Positions 36,301 through 49,700 of a stretch of 64,000 bases of DNA are shown here, piece after piece. Each line of letters starts with the position of its first letter. Position 1 is the stretch's first letter. The translations under genes were made by a program, and so were the position numbers. Source of the DNA: Balanoglossus misakiensis (lineage: Eukaryota > Animalia > Hemichordata); NCBI GenBank assembly GCA_040954595.2, contig CM082587.2:7739705-7803704 (forward strand). The letters are read 5' to 3'. A model generated the notes under the pieces. The model searched no databases. It had not been told where the DNA came from and was given only the letters and a program-made list of their open reading frames with translations.

Positions 36301-39300
36301 CTTGTCATTGAGTGAGGTCACTCTCACTTTTTGTGGGAGTATTTTGAACACAAAGTAAATTTGAATAGAACACACAACTTAAGACGTACCCCTACTTGAT
36401 TGTTTCCAGTGGGGCAAAGCAACTTGAGCTCTACCATGTCCTTCGCACACTTACCTATTTCATTTTTTTCGTCCACAGAATGAAAGGCAGTCACTGAGAT
36501 GGTCAATACAGTACCTCAGAGAACAGGTCAGTTTTCTCTTGCAATGTCATTGTAGTTCGACACGGAAAAAGACAAGTTTTATGTGAACAGTCAACCAACA
36601 AAGTTGGAATTTCCTGTTCAATGTTCCATTGGAGAAGTTGCAAGAGGTACCTGATTCATTAAAAAAAAAAACTATTCTGTTTGTTGCATTCAGGTTGAGC
36701 TTCTGGAGTGTCTTGTGTTGTACTTCAGATTTCTGGAACTTCAGCCCGGCAAACTGCTTGAGACGCTGAAACTATTTCAGGTAAGACTTCTTACTTGGAT
36801 GTTGGAAGAAAATGGCAGGGGGGTCTTGTGGTAGTGTGTGAGCAGAGAGTGGTAGGCACATTTCTTTCTGGTTGGTCATAAGTTGGGTTGGTTGTTAGAG
36901 AAACAAGTACCTGAATAACATATCTGTCTGACAACTGATAGACTGGACAGATTGCTGAAGGATTGTCCCAATAGACAATCCTTGAGACACATGACAAGCT
37001 AATGTGATTGAAAATTATTTGAACACAATGGGATAGATCAACTGACAAAGAGATGTGTATAGAGTTGATTAATAATAGCAAATAGGACAGGCCAGTCAGA
37101 CTGAAATAATTTACGGTAACTTAAAGAATGAACCAGCTCGCTATATTCTGTTCACAGAGACAAGGTTATGGCACACGGCAACCAAACAGACATCTTTATG
37201 ACGGGGATGCAACCACTGAAGAACTTGTGAACAAAATTGGGTAAGTATCAATCAGTGCGATTGCTAATGGTGTCCAGCAAAATGATATTCTATTCTGTAA
37301 AAAGCAAACTTGCTTTATTTTAAGGGAATTGTAATAATTTATCTGTTAACGGTTCAATATAAAATACGGATTTGATATTGTATATTTGTAGGTTTCTATG
37401 CTGTATGTTGGTGATCGAAGGCATGGATATTTACTGGATTCATGATAGGACTGGACCTGATCGGTGAGATTTTAATTCTACGTTTATTGATTAATTTTCT
37501 GGCCAGATGTCCATCCGTTTTCAACAACAGCATGACGATAACTGTCATGACACTCCTTTTAAAATGCATTTTTAGGATATCCTCTTTTCTTCGTCACTGT
37601 TGTAACACTTATCAATTCGAGGAGCATCGGCTACATTTACAAACATTGGCTACAGTGATTGAGTATTAGTAATTGTCTCTGCTTTGATTTAATTACAGTG
37701 CTGATGATAACGTGCTCATCAAAGACAGGAAAACACTTCTGGTAAGAAATCCTCTTATAAGAACCAATATCACTTCACTGGTTGGTGATTGGAGTCATGT
37801 TGACATGTATGGAGAACTTGCTTCCAGAGATAGATTAGAGATACATTTGTTCCCTTCTGGTACTGTAAAACACTTTATTTTCGCGAGTTAACATTTTCGC
37901 GATATTGAGAGAGGCCACTGTTTCGCACGTATTAATTTTCGCGTTCCCTGTTTTCATTCACTGCATCGTTATCTTGAACAAAAATTACACAACTTTTTAT
38001 TTTCACGCTATTTTGGCTCTCGCGTATTTAGCGAAATTTATTGCTCGTGATAATAAAGTGTTTTACAGTATACTGCACACTATTCATTTTGAATTCTGTT
38101 TTGTATTTTGTAGGAAATTGACAAATATATTTTGTCCCGGACTAATTTAACCCATCCTCATGGACCCATTCTGCTCTGCTGGGCAGTATTACGTTCAATG
38201 GCTATGCCCGATGACCCCAGCCATGCCATCAGGAAATTAGGCCAACAAGCATTACAGCTACAAGCGTTTCAGTATATCTCTACTATGCTAGACACGCCAC
38301 TCTTTGCCACAGATTCTGTGAGTACCTTCTTTGTTTGTTTGATTCTCTTCTTTTCCTTCAATGAAATTTTAGTGAATCAGGGTTTTATTGTGTTGTATGT
38401 TATGGCTGTGTCAACTGCAGCAAATTTCTGAGACGTCAGCCTTCAAGTTCAAGATTATTTGCTATAATGTGTTGAGCTATTGGACTGTGGAACAGTCAAC
38501 CATAAAAAATGTATTTTGTCCGTCACACAAGAGTGAATGTTGTATGTAATGTTGATTGATTGATTGATTGATTGATTGTAAGATAGATAGATTGATTGAT
38601 TGATTGATTGATGTATGATCTCATACGAACAAAACACCGGGGGTCTTAAAAGCGGCCTACTAACTGGTGATGTATTTTTGTGCTTCCTACAGTCTGTCTC
38701 CATGACATGTGTCAGTCAGCTCAATGGTCTCTTGTCTCTGGTACTTTCTGGATTTCATGAAGATTCACTGGGCGATATGACGGTAGGTTTCTCAGAGAAT
38801 TTGTAAACTCTTTCCCTGGTTGGTCTATTGTATCTCTGTGAGTTTACAGTAGAGGAATGTATTGATTGCTTGTCTTTGTTTCACAAATTTGAATATTGAG
38901 ACAGACATGGGTTTATATTGCCATCATAACAAATACATGTACATGTATATCTTATGTTAAAAAATAACAACAACAAAAAAACATGTGTTAGTGTCTGTTC
39001 CTGCTCAGTGTTCATACCATTAATTGATTCTGTGATTTTATTTCAGTATGTTGTCGCTTGTGCTTGTAAATTGTTGAAAAAACCACACATATGCCATGAG
39101 TTCTGGGACTATGTAAGTTGACTTTTAAGTTTTATCTACTTTTTGCTCACTGACTGACTGACTGACTTGCTGATCTGGGAAAGATAAACATTCAAAGAAT
39201 GATTTTGTTATTATTTACTGGACATGCACATGTTGCACCCATTGTTTAAAATTTTTGATTTATTGAGATTTGAACAAGTAAACATTTTGGAAAGATTATC

Positions 39301-40697
39301 TTATAGAATTTGGATTGACTTTGATTTGTGTATGTGTATATTACATATGAAGAAAAATGTATGCAAAGTTTGGTGTCCAGTGAAACTTGTACAGATAAAA
39401 ATCCTAAGCTATAAGTCTGTTAAACAACTGAACCTGAAACTACTTTTCCATGTAAACTGGCATAATTTTCTGAAACCTGAAATTGGGACACAGCTCTGTT
39501 CACACACACACTTGATTCAGTTGGCAATAATCTAATTATAAGATCACTATATACAGTCCTGTACTATCAGGCCTGATTCGAGTGTCAGTTCATAATTTGA
39601 CTCTGAGCACTAGATGGGGAATTTTGTGTAATGAGAGGCATGATGTAATAAAATGTGATATTCTGAATATGGAAACTACGAGTCCTTGCATTTGGAATCT
39701 GCTGTGAGTTTCACAAGTCCCTATTTCAGCTGCAATATATAACAATTATGTATCTTTGTTTGTACATGTATTTATTTTCACTAACTCCAGGGAGGTGAGA
39801 GTGGCATGTCCATCCTTCTCCAGTCCCTCACGAGCAGATTCCCGCTGCAGTTCATTCCATTGGTTCAACTTCTGACGTCCATCAGTGCGGCCAATCCCGG
39901 GAAGACCTTCCGGCACCTGGACAATCTCTCCCAGTATCTGGAACTACTGGATAACAACAGAGCGGTCGACATGCAGAGTTACAACGACGGCGAACAGTGG
40001 CGACTTCTCAGGAATAAAGTCATTTATAGACCGGGTAAGCCGCAAATTTGTAAGATTGTTTATCACGCTGTGTGTGCATATTATGCCAATATATCTCTAT
40101 TACGACATGCCTTTGGGACCAATTTTTTTTTCGAAAAATGATAGTCCCCCAAACCTTTCAATGTATTGCTATATTAAAGTGTTTGAGGAAAACAGGGTAA
40201 TCATCATCTTGTTTTCATGAAAATCACTACTTTACATTTTCTGTATAGAGTTCATATAGAGATTGGTGGCCATTTTGAATTTTAAATTTAAGACAATTAT
40301 AAGTCTGTTTGCTCTTGGAAAACCCTGGAATTTGAAACATTCCTGGAAAATTTTTCATACTTCTAGTAAAATGAAATACGTGTATACATCTGGAATGTAT
40401 CTTGAATAGAAAGGTTTTGTTTTTAGGACTGATTTCAGTATAATCCTGACTAGTATTAACTATCTATTTGGATAATGAATTGACAAAATAGCAGCTTGAC
40501 ATGTACATTTTATTTATCTACACCAACAGATGGCAGCTCAGCTGGTCTTGTCATGCCAAGAGAAACTATAGGTACCATGTATGATGATGGCCAAGGTAAT
40601 GTTCTTGAGTGTATTCTTGCTAACTGTGGATTGTTTGATTGATTGATTGATTGAATGAATGAATGAATGAATGAATGAATGAATGAATGAATGAATG

Positions 40698-40757
<60 letters not shown>

Positions 40758-43700
40758 CATATTATAATAACTACTAAAAAACACTGAAACTTGTGCCATA
40801 AATATGTTTGTGAAAGTGTTAGAACAGAGTGCTGAAATCTATGAAGAAAGATGAGTAAACCTGTGAAAGAGTCTGGAGCAGTGAATGGGAACTATTTTTT
40901 TCCGAAGGAACTTCAAAAAGCTCCTGAACATGGGACTTGTGATCCCGTACGTTTGAATGAATAGATGAACGAGTGAATTTGATGTGCTTAAATTAATAGA
41001 TCAAAAAATTGTGGGAAAACAGAGACATATGAATTGGTTATTATAATGCATTCTTCTTGATGTTGGAAATAAGTTTTGGTCGTATTTTTTTTTAATGTTA
41101 GAATTACAGCTCATCTCATGGGACTGGAATTACAGTGGCTGGCAGTTGTTTGTTGGTAAAATTGACAGCCTGTTAAAAACAGCTGGACGCAGTGTGGGTG
41201 AGTCATGGTTGAACTCAAAGGAACTTCTTTGGATTTCTTTGTTGGGGGGGGGGGGGAATCCTTGACATACAAATGACCATTTCAAGTTGTCAGTAAAATA
41301 AAAGAAGGTAACGAACACATTGTAGAGCTTCAGTGTGCATTATAAAGACAGTTTGTTGAAATATTGACTGTGTGAAATAATATATTTTAAACAAGTCCAA
41401 GTGTTAGGTTGTAATTTTATTGTGTCTTCTTGTGCCTAGGATATGTGTCTGAGACTGAAGTCAAAGAGGTCAACTGTGTCATTGACCTTGTGGGGAAGAT
41501 GCTGGAATCTGATTGGGCTATCTCGACCAGGCTGAAGCCAATCATATCCAGGCTTTACCTAATTATTCAAACGTAAGTGAGCATTAATGATAATACGTAA
41601 GCCATTCATTGGGCACAATGTTACTGCTGTTCTCATCTTTTGAACTACAAAAAAATCAAAGCAACATCGAAGCCTGGTAATATCTTGTGGCTTCAATGAC
41701 AATTTGACTTTGGCACAAAAGTTTGTAATTTTTAAGTTGAAATTAATCAAATTTATTGATAGGAAACTCACTTACCTGTCAGTTACCATGAGTTAGTCAC
41801 ACAGCCTATACTGCCATATTTAGCAAATAAGATTTTCTGAGTGATATGATTGGATGATTGGTTTGCCGTATATTTACCAGTCGGTTTAGAATGTGTGAAA
41901 TAATTGCAGTTAGAATTTAACAAAGTTATAAATGAAGAAATTTGCCTGAAAATTTAATAATAATTCATTCAGGTCAGTTTTCCTATAAAATGGGCCTGTC
42001 AAGGTTTAATGCATATTGCTGGAATTTACATTTTGCAGAATTTTGTAGTGTCAAGTATTGAGTTGTCCACCAAATTAAAATTACAAGAAAGCATGTTTGT
42101 CTTACAGGTTTACATCTGCGGACAAAGCTGTTTTGGGGTTATTAGCGTCGTGTGTGAAATGTCTTTCATTGGTTGCTAAACATCACCCTCTAGAGGTAAG
42201 ATAGTTCTTTCGAATTGTTGATGATATGATGAGTATTGGTAAAATACCGTTAGCTTATTAATTGTGGTAGACATATCAACCCAAAAATTGAACCGACATG
42301 CAATTTGTGTTCCAAAGGCAAGAGTGTCTATGGATGCCAATTTATCAACATGCAAACGAATGATTTATATTCTGTAGGTGTGGAAGAATATTCAACAAAC
42401 AGGATTTTTGCCGTATACTGGTAAATTATACACAGATGTTGCCATGGCAGCAAGGTAAATGTATTTTCACTGATTTCACATTGTGGAACTGTAGCACAGG
42501 ACCAGGATTTAACCCGGCTAAGTTGCAGGTGTTTGGGTCCATACATATTTTTTACCATCTTTTTTGGCATTGTCTGTTACTCCAAAAGTTACCATCCTGA
42601 AGAAAAAGCTCAAAACATCCAAAGAGTTCTATAAAAATGCTTAAAATCCTTTATGTTACAGTGGTGCAGGAATCTTCCCAGGTAACTATGGCAACCTGTT
42701 GGGTGGCAACGAGAGACCAATGGGTCTGTATTCCGTGACCAAGGCATTCCTGCAACTTGTTGCTGCTTTAGTTCAGGTAATTATGGATACAGTGTAAAAA
42801 TGATATCCCTATGGAATGTAGTGTTTATTTTATCATTTAAGTTGTAAAGGGGGCAGCTGACACTGTTCCAATTATTTGTGTGTATGAACCAGACAAGAGT
42901 ACACAAATCTGCATTAGTTTTTGCTACCTGTAATAAATGCTTGTTACATTTCTGCAGATATGATGATTTCTAATGAATCACTCAATCATGTGACTCCAGT
43001 TGTTCAGCTGTGTCATTGCTGCTGGTAGAGCCAACTTAATTAACTTGAATGCTAAAACTAATATAATTTTACTTCTTCTGATCTCTTGTTTTCTCGTTAG
43101 ATCTCGTTAGGGTTAGGGTTGACCTTAACTGACAGTTTCACTTTCACAATAAACTGACATTGGAAGGGCTCTACCTGAACTTTGTGTCTTTCTAATTTGC
43201 AGGGTTTATCTGAGCAGAAGACTGACACGGCGACAAAGCAAGACATCTTGGCCTGTGTGATATTTGTACAATGGGAAGTCTTTGCCAGTTTCTACAAATG
43301 GAGATACGTGGATGTCAGAGACCGTGAAGATATTGGTAAGGGAAGGGTCTTTTGCAGTTTAACAGGGAGGGGGATTGAATTTGTTTTGGACGGCCATGTT
43401 CGTTCTATGGTAGCTTCTGTGGTCTGGTAAAGGACTGTACTTTGAAGAATCTCTGATATAGACTTAATGATCACTTTATTTGATGCAGAAATTTCAAATA
43501 AAGGTTGTCAGCCTCAAGGACACAATGTACATCATGGTGCTGTGTCAGCAAAATTTAAATAGTATAAATTTTACCTACATGTATAGTACATGTAATGTTG
43601 TGTGTCTATATTTATTGTTTTGTAAATAAATGCTGGAATATATGATGATGTCACACTGTTGTCGACCTTGTGAAGGTAACAACAGTAGACTATTCAAAAA

Positions 43701-46700
43701 GTGAGGAGAAATTAGAAGTGTTTGGATCGAGGTTTTGCAGGAAGACATTTGACAAAGAGAGTAAACTGATCAAGTATTCAGTAGTTGAGTGACTATCTGA
43801 TTTGTTCAAATTTGACTCAAGTTGTTGCTCTTTTTCTTTGAACAGGAAGAAAAAGTCTGGAGATATTCCACATAGTGTTGAATGTGATGCTCGGCACATC
43901 TGAGCAGAATGACATGGACACTGAACCAGCGGGACAGAAACAGGGGTGAGATTGTGTTTCCATGGATACATACTAATGCCAGAGTGGTAAAAAGCCTGGC
44001 CCATGAAATGACTTTTCAAAAGTGTCCACAGGGCTGCACACAAACTGATACCACAATCAATGCAAATAAACCCAGAAGGAAAAAAAAGATGTATGGAGTC
44101 AAAGTTCCGAGGAATCTTTGGCTCTTGTTTAATAAGATCAGGTCTGCCCGGCTTACTACTGCAGCAGAGACTTGAGCTGCGACAACTTATTCTCTGAGAT
44201 ACATGTATCGAAATTCGAATTCTGTATTCTGGAAAGCAGACATGTTTGCTATCTACATGATAAACACGCATTGCATTTCATCTTCCTTTCAGGGTTGCAG
44301 TGAGAGATGCTGTAGTACATGGATTATTGTACACCAATGCAGGCGAAGCCTTACTTCATATACTGGCCACTGGGGTGGATGCCATTGAAGCTCGATGCAG
44401 TGAAACGGGAAGGTCAGTTCAAATCTTGTAAAGAGTGTCGATATGTAAAAAGACATGCGCAACATGTAGTGATCTGCAAATTTTCTGCCACATTTATTCT
44501 GCTGTGTACAAATTGACTTTTACCGTAGTGTGAGTCAGATTATCAGGTGAAGACTCACTCTAGATTTGTATGTGATTGGAATTGTTTTATGTTGTGTTGT
44601 TGCACAGACAGGAACTAATTATGTATAAATATGCCTCTCAGCAAATCGGGTGACCACTTGAATAAAATATTGATCGAAAAGCATGAACACAGAGAGTGAT
44701 AATAAAAACATTGCACAGATTTTTAAATCCTTCCTTGGAATGATTTTTACCATTTTCAGAAGAATTTCAGACAAAGATTGTAAGTATAGTGGTGCACGAT
44801 CGCGATAGCCTAGGGGCATTCTGTTCACTCAAAACAGATTTGTATATTACATGTATGACAATCTCCCCTCCCCTCTCACTCCCTCTCTCCCTCCTCCCAC
44901 CCTCAGCTTTTTGAACAGCTCAGCGCAAGACCTAACACAGCTGATCAAGTTGGCCTTCTCCGTGACCAACCGCTTGTTGATACTCAAACCCCAGCAGACG
45001 GAGATGTCTCCCTTGGAGCAGGAGCTGACTGAGCAGAACAGAACCATTCTGCAGCAGATACCGTTGATTGTCACCATGGCTGGTTACATCTACCATAGGC
45101 ACGATCCCAAACTGCCGACATTGTCGACGTTGCTGTTGAAGAGATTGGCCATGGTGAGTTGGGCAAGACTAGTGATAAAAGCCAACTGCTGCCAAAAAAC
45201 AAGCAAAAAATGTTCAATCTATTAGTTAATGGTAACTCAGAGAGAAAATGTTTGCCCACATGCAAGACTGACCTTAATTTCTGAATTCATTTCTCATAGA
45301 ACATCTCTCGGCAAAAAGTCTTTAAAATGTGGGAAAACAGAAACCTCCCTGAAAACACCGACATTTACAGTCTTGCCTTCCCTGTTTGTACCGAATCATG
45401 AAATTGTTGTTATCAAACCCATACTTGGAAGTGCCTAGAAATTTCAAAGAAGAGTTTGGGTTCACTTCAATCAGGAGAGATACACAGTTAGATACATAGT
45501 GATTGAAACTCGTATCATCAGTACATATTTAATTGTTACTTTTCTGTATGACTACCCATGATTTTTTTGCAGGTTGCGCCAATGTCAATCTATGGGTCTC
45601 TAGGAATCCAGGCCGAAGCTATCAGAGATTCTTATCAGACCAGGTTGCAGGCTTTCACAGAGGTAATAATTTTTTCAATTCACTTATGTCAATCCTATTC
45701 AACATTTTCTATTGTACTTCTTGAAGACCAGTCCTGAAACAAGCATATGTCAAAATATTTGAAGTAGAGTTTTGATTTTCAGTACTTAATTGACGTTTTC
45801 TTTCTCCTGAAATCAATCTTTCAAAGTGACAGGCATACTTAACGTGTACATTGTAATGTTAGCGACAACACAACCAAGTTTTCAAGTACCAGTTATAGTT
45901 TGGAAGAGTTTTCCTACAGAAACATCTGTATATGTGTACAAGACGTTAGTCATACGAAGCTTATTTTAAGTGGACACATTAAAATCACTCATGTTTTGTT
46001 GTATTTCACAAGGCAGTTGCACATAAAATAAATTAATTACAAAATGAAGTACATGTATGTTGATTTTATTTTCCTGGAGTGAATGATTTTATGTTTTTGT
46101 GAGTTTCATCTGAATGACTGATCGCATTTTTTTAGACATAATAATAATATTGGAAAAATAGTTAATCGCAATTTGATTTTCAATTGTTTACCATATCTCA
46201 GGATACCAGACTGAAAGTTGTGATCTTGGAGTTTCTGACGGCGGCTGTGGAGACTCAACCTGGTCTGATTGAACTTTTCCTCGACTTGGAAGTCAGAACA
46301 GACGATCCAACAAATGGGAAAACACAACAACAACAACAACAACAACAACAGCTGGCTTCTGCAAGGACCAGGATTGATAGTGCAAAGGTCTGTATACAGT
46401 ATTATGAGTCAGAGACTCATTATAATGTGTGAAATCTCTTAGTGGTTATTTCATATGCATGCATTTATCATGTTGAATGATAATTGCAGCATAGTCAGTT
46501 ATTTAGATAATAGCTGTTCACCGGTCAAAACGCCCGCCTGATCTCAGCATGTGACCAGCTGTAATGTTTCTATTATACAAAACATTATTATTAATAAACA
46601 CATTTTATGTGTCTTGACTGGTTATTAGGTCCTCTTGCCTGCCTGTTACAAAACGTATCTACTGTCCTGATAAACTTGTTATTGGTGCTTCATTTTTCAT

Positions 46701-49700
46701 TCTAGGAATTTCAACTCGGAAAAATCAGTGCATTGCAGACTGTCTTGGATATGATTACATTGAACAAACAGGTATGAGTTGAATTCCTTTGACTTTATCA
46801 GTTGTATTAATTACGCACTTAACCACCGCTAAACCCACCCACCCATCCAACCACCTGCTTGCGTGCTCGCTTACTTATTCACTCACTCACTCACTCACTC
46901 ACTCACTCACTCACTCACTCACTCACTCACTCACTCACTCACTCACTCACTCACTCACTCACTCACTCACTCACTCACTCACTCACTCACTCACTCACTC
47001 ACTCACTCACTAACTAACTAACTGTTGGAGGCATCATATAGTCTAGTGATGAGGGTACATAGCAGAAGATGGTGATGTACTAATGTGGATTGCTTGTTTC
47101 TCTATCTCAGGGAACCACACACTGTCCACCTGAATTACATGCAGCAGCATTAGCATTCCTCTATGCACTCTGGCAAGACAGGAGAGATACAGCTTTGGCT
47201 GTCCTCAGAAAAAGGTAAATATTACAATTATTTGACTGTTTCTTCAACCACGCAATCACAAAACCATAGCGACATATTCTTCCATCTGCAATCTCAACAT
47301 CAGTGAACCACAGTCATACAACTACAGAAGACCATTTGATAATCACTAGGCTTTCTTTTGGAGAAATAGTAGTTAACCAACATTGTAAGATAATTTTTTT
47401 AACGAAAAATATCCAGATTCGTGATGGGTATGTGTATTTAAACAAAGAGAAAATGTTTTGAGTGAATCATTTGTCATGTCATGCGATATGATTGTGTATT
47501 GGTGCAGTTAATCCTAACATTGATGTTTGTGATTTCAGGCCGAAATTCTGGGAAAATGTTGCAGGACCACTGTTCAAGGATCTATCAGCAAATAATGGCA
47601 GTGGAGGCTCACGGGTATGAATATTTTAAGCAACAGCCAATCACATCTGATGACCTTTGATGTTGATTTTTCTAATCACTTAGCAACAGCCAATCATGTC
47701 AGGCTTTACATGCTGACCTGTCAAATTTGCCTAGCAACAACCAATCACGTCAGCTGACCTTTCATGTTTATTCATCGTAACCTGTATGGGGTACAAACAA
47801 GACAAGGTTTCTGCCACAGGTGGCTAAATAATCAGTTCTAACGGCTGACAGACAAAATCTCAAACACTTGCCATTTCTTGGTGTTTGACAGGAAATCAGT
47901 GCAGAGGTGAAGACAGTGGCATATGCGATGAAGATTATATCAGCAGAATGCTATTATATAACCAGGTAAAACTTTTTTCGTTCAGTCTGTTCAACTAGAT
48001 TAAAGCTGGATTTTGACTAGGCAGTCGTATCCTGCATGTATACATATTTTTCTATTTGAATTCTGGGTTTAGTCTATCATTTAAATAAATATTTTCGTAA
48101 TTCTTTATGTGTCAGGTCACGGTGTGCGACGGACATTTTTTCGTCTAACAGTTAACTTGGATTTGACATTTTAATTGTACTGATTATCAGACAAAATAAT
48201 CTCACATTTTTTCCCTGATTGAGTTTCAATTTTTCCTTGCAGTGGTTCAGTTGACAAAGAATTAAAAGATCAATTGAAGAGACTCCAGCAAGAAAAAAGA
48301 TATACATTCTGGTCTAACGTGAGTATTAATTAAATGGCTGCAGTAATTGTCTGTATCATGCATCATGATCAAGTCATAAATAAGGGTATTATTCAGTATA
48401 CAAGTTGGTAGTGATAACAACAACAAGACAACTGTAAGTGTTGAAATCAGGAGCATTGATCCTTTGTTGGAAACTAAATGTTTAAAACTCATGAACGAAG
48501 CAATGGCCTAACATTTGACAATTATTGGATATTTTTCTTTTGGGTCAGAAATAATTTCAGCTGTTGTTTCTTACAGTTGCTCTCACACTTTTTTTTCATC
48601 TTTGTTCTTTTGCTTTCAAAACTGTTAATTTTCTATTTTCCACATATTTCTTCAGTTCATCAGGGAATTGGTTGTAACCACGGAAGCAGAAGATGACCCA
48701 CTGGAAGACTATTTACTTTTTGATCATGAAACACTGTTGATGTTATCGGCCTGGAAGATGATGACATTGGTTGCTGCTAATACCGCTGTTAGTATATCCC
48801 ATAATATCTGACATTCATCAAAGTCAATTTTTCTTTTGCTGCTGATTGTGTAATGATGATATTTAGTCTTTTGAGAAATGAAACCATCAAAAGGGTGTGT
48901 GTTATGGACATTCTGTATCTGTGTTTGTGTGTGTGTGTGTTTGTGCGTGTGTGTGTGTGTGTGCTTGTGTGCATACTGGTTTCTAGAGTACATCAATCTC
49001 TCCGTGTCAGTGATACTTCGAAAGCTATGTGACCAAACAGTCATACAGTTTGATGAAGCAAAAACATTGAAATGATTCTATTGTATGTAGCTTCTGTAAG
49101 ACAGAGTATTTGTAAAATCAAATGTGTCAGTGGCAGTATCCAAAGTACTTCTTCACCAAAGTCAATCAATGTGACTGACATGAATTTTATTGTGGCTTGC
49201 GCTTTGGTACTATGTCAAGAACGCACCAGATTTGTCTAAATGTTGCATGTTTAGATAGAGTTATCCTGTGAGGATACTGCCATGCTGTGTTTGTGCTGGA
49301 TTCATTGCAGGTGTTGAATTTTAGATTTTGTGATATCGCCTTCATGTTGATCTTGTAGAAGTAATTATAGAAGTACATGTGACAGTTGACTTGTTGTATT
49401 ACTACTTTCAGGGTGCCGTGATGTGCTTGAGCGATGAGGCAACGAAGAATTCCATACTCAGTGACATCATAGCGGCTGTCAAGAGACAGGTAAAATAGAT
49501 CAGGCATTATGTAGCCACAGGACTGCTTCAACAGTGGTTGCCATGTGACAAGGAATTTACTAACAGCAGATTCAGGTGTACTGTCTGATTCATCTAGCAG
49601 AAGCACATTTATCAATTATATGGTACTTGTGGTACATGAGAAATGATTTTCACAAACTTTATATTTTTTTATGTTAACACTCAATTTTGAATCTTTGCAT

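Noticed and set aside
42955-43085. Possible C/D-box snoRNA in a NUP188 intron (ATGATGA...CTGA)
   Set aside because: Minimal terminal stem and no recognisable rRNA/snRNA antisense element; needs snoscan or Infernal.
43690-44271. 193-aa minus-strand ORF
   Set aside because: Overlaps a NUP188 exon and introns in antisense, with no protein-like features.
46789-47013. ORFs such as (THSL)n, (ER)n and (SVCL)n in the track
   Set aside because: Translations of microsatellites.
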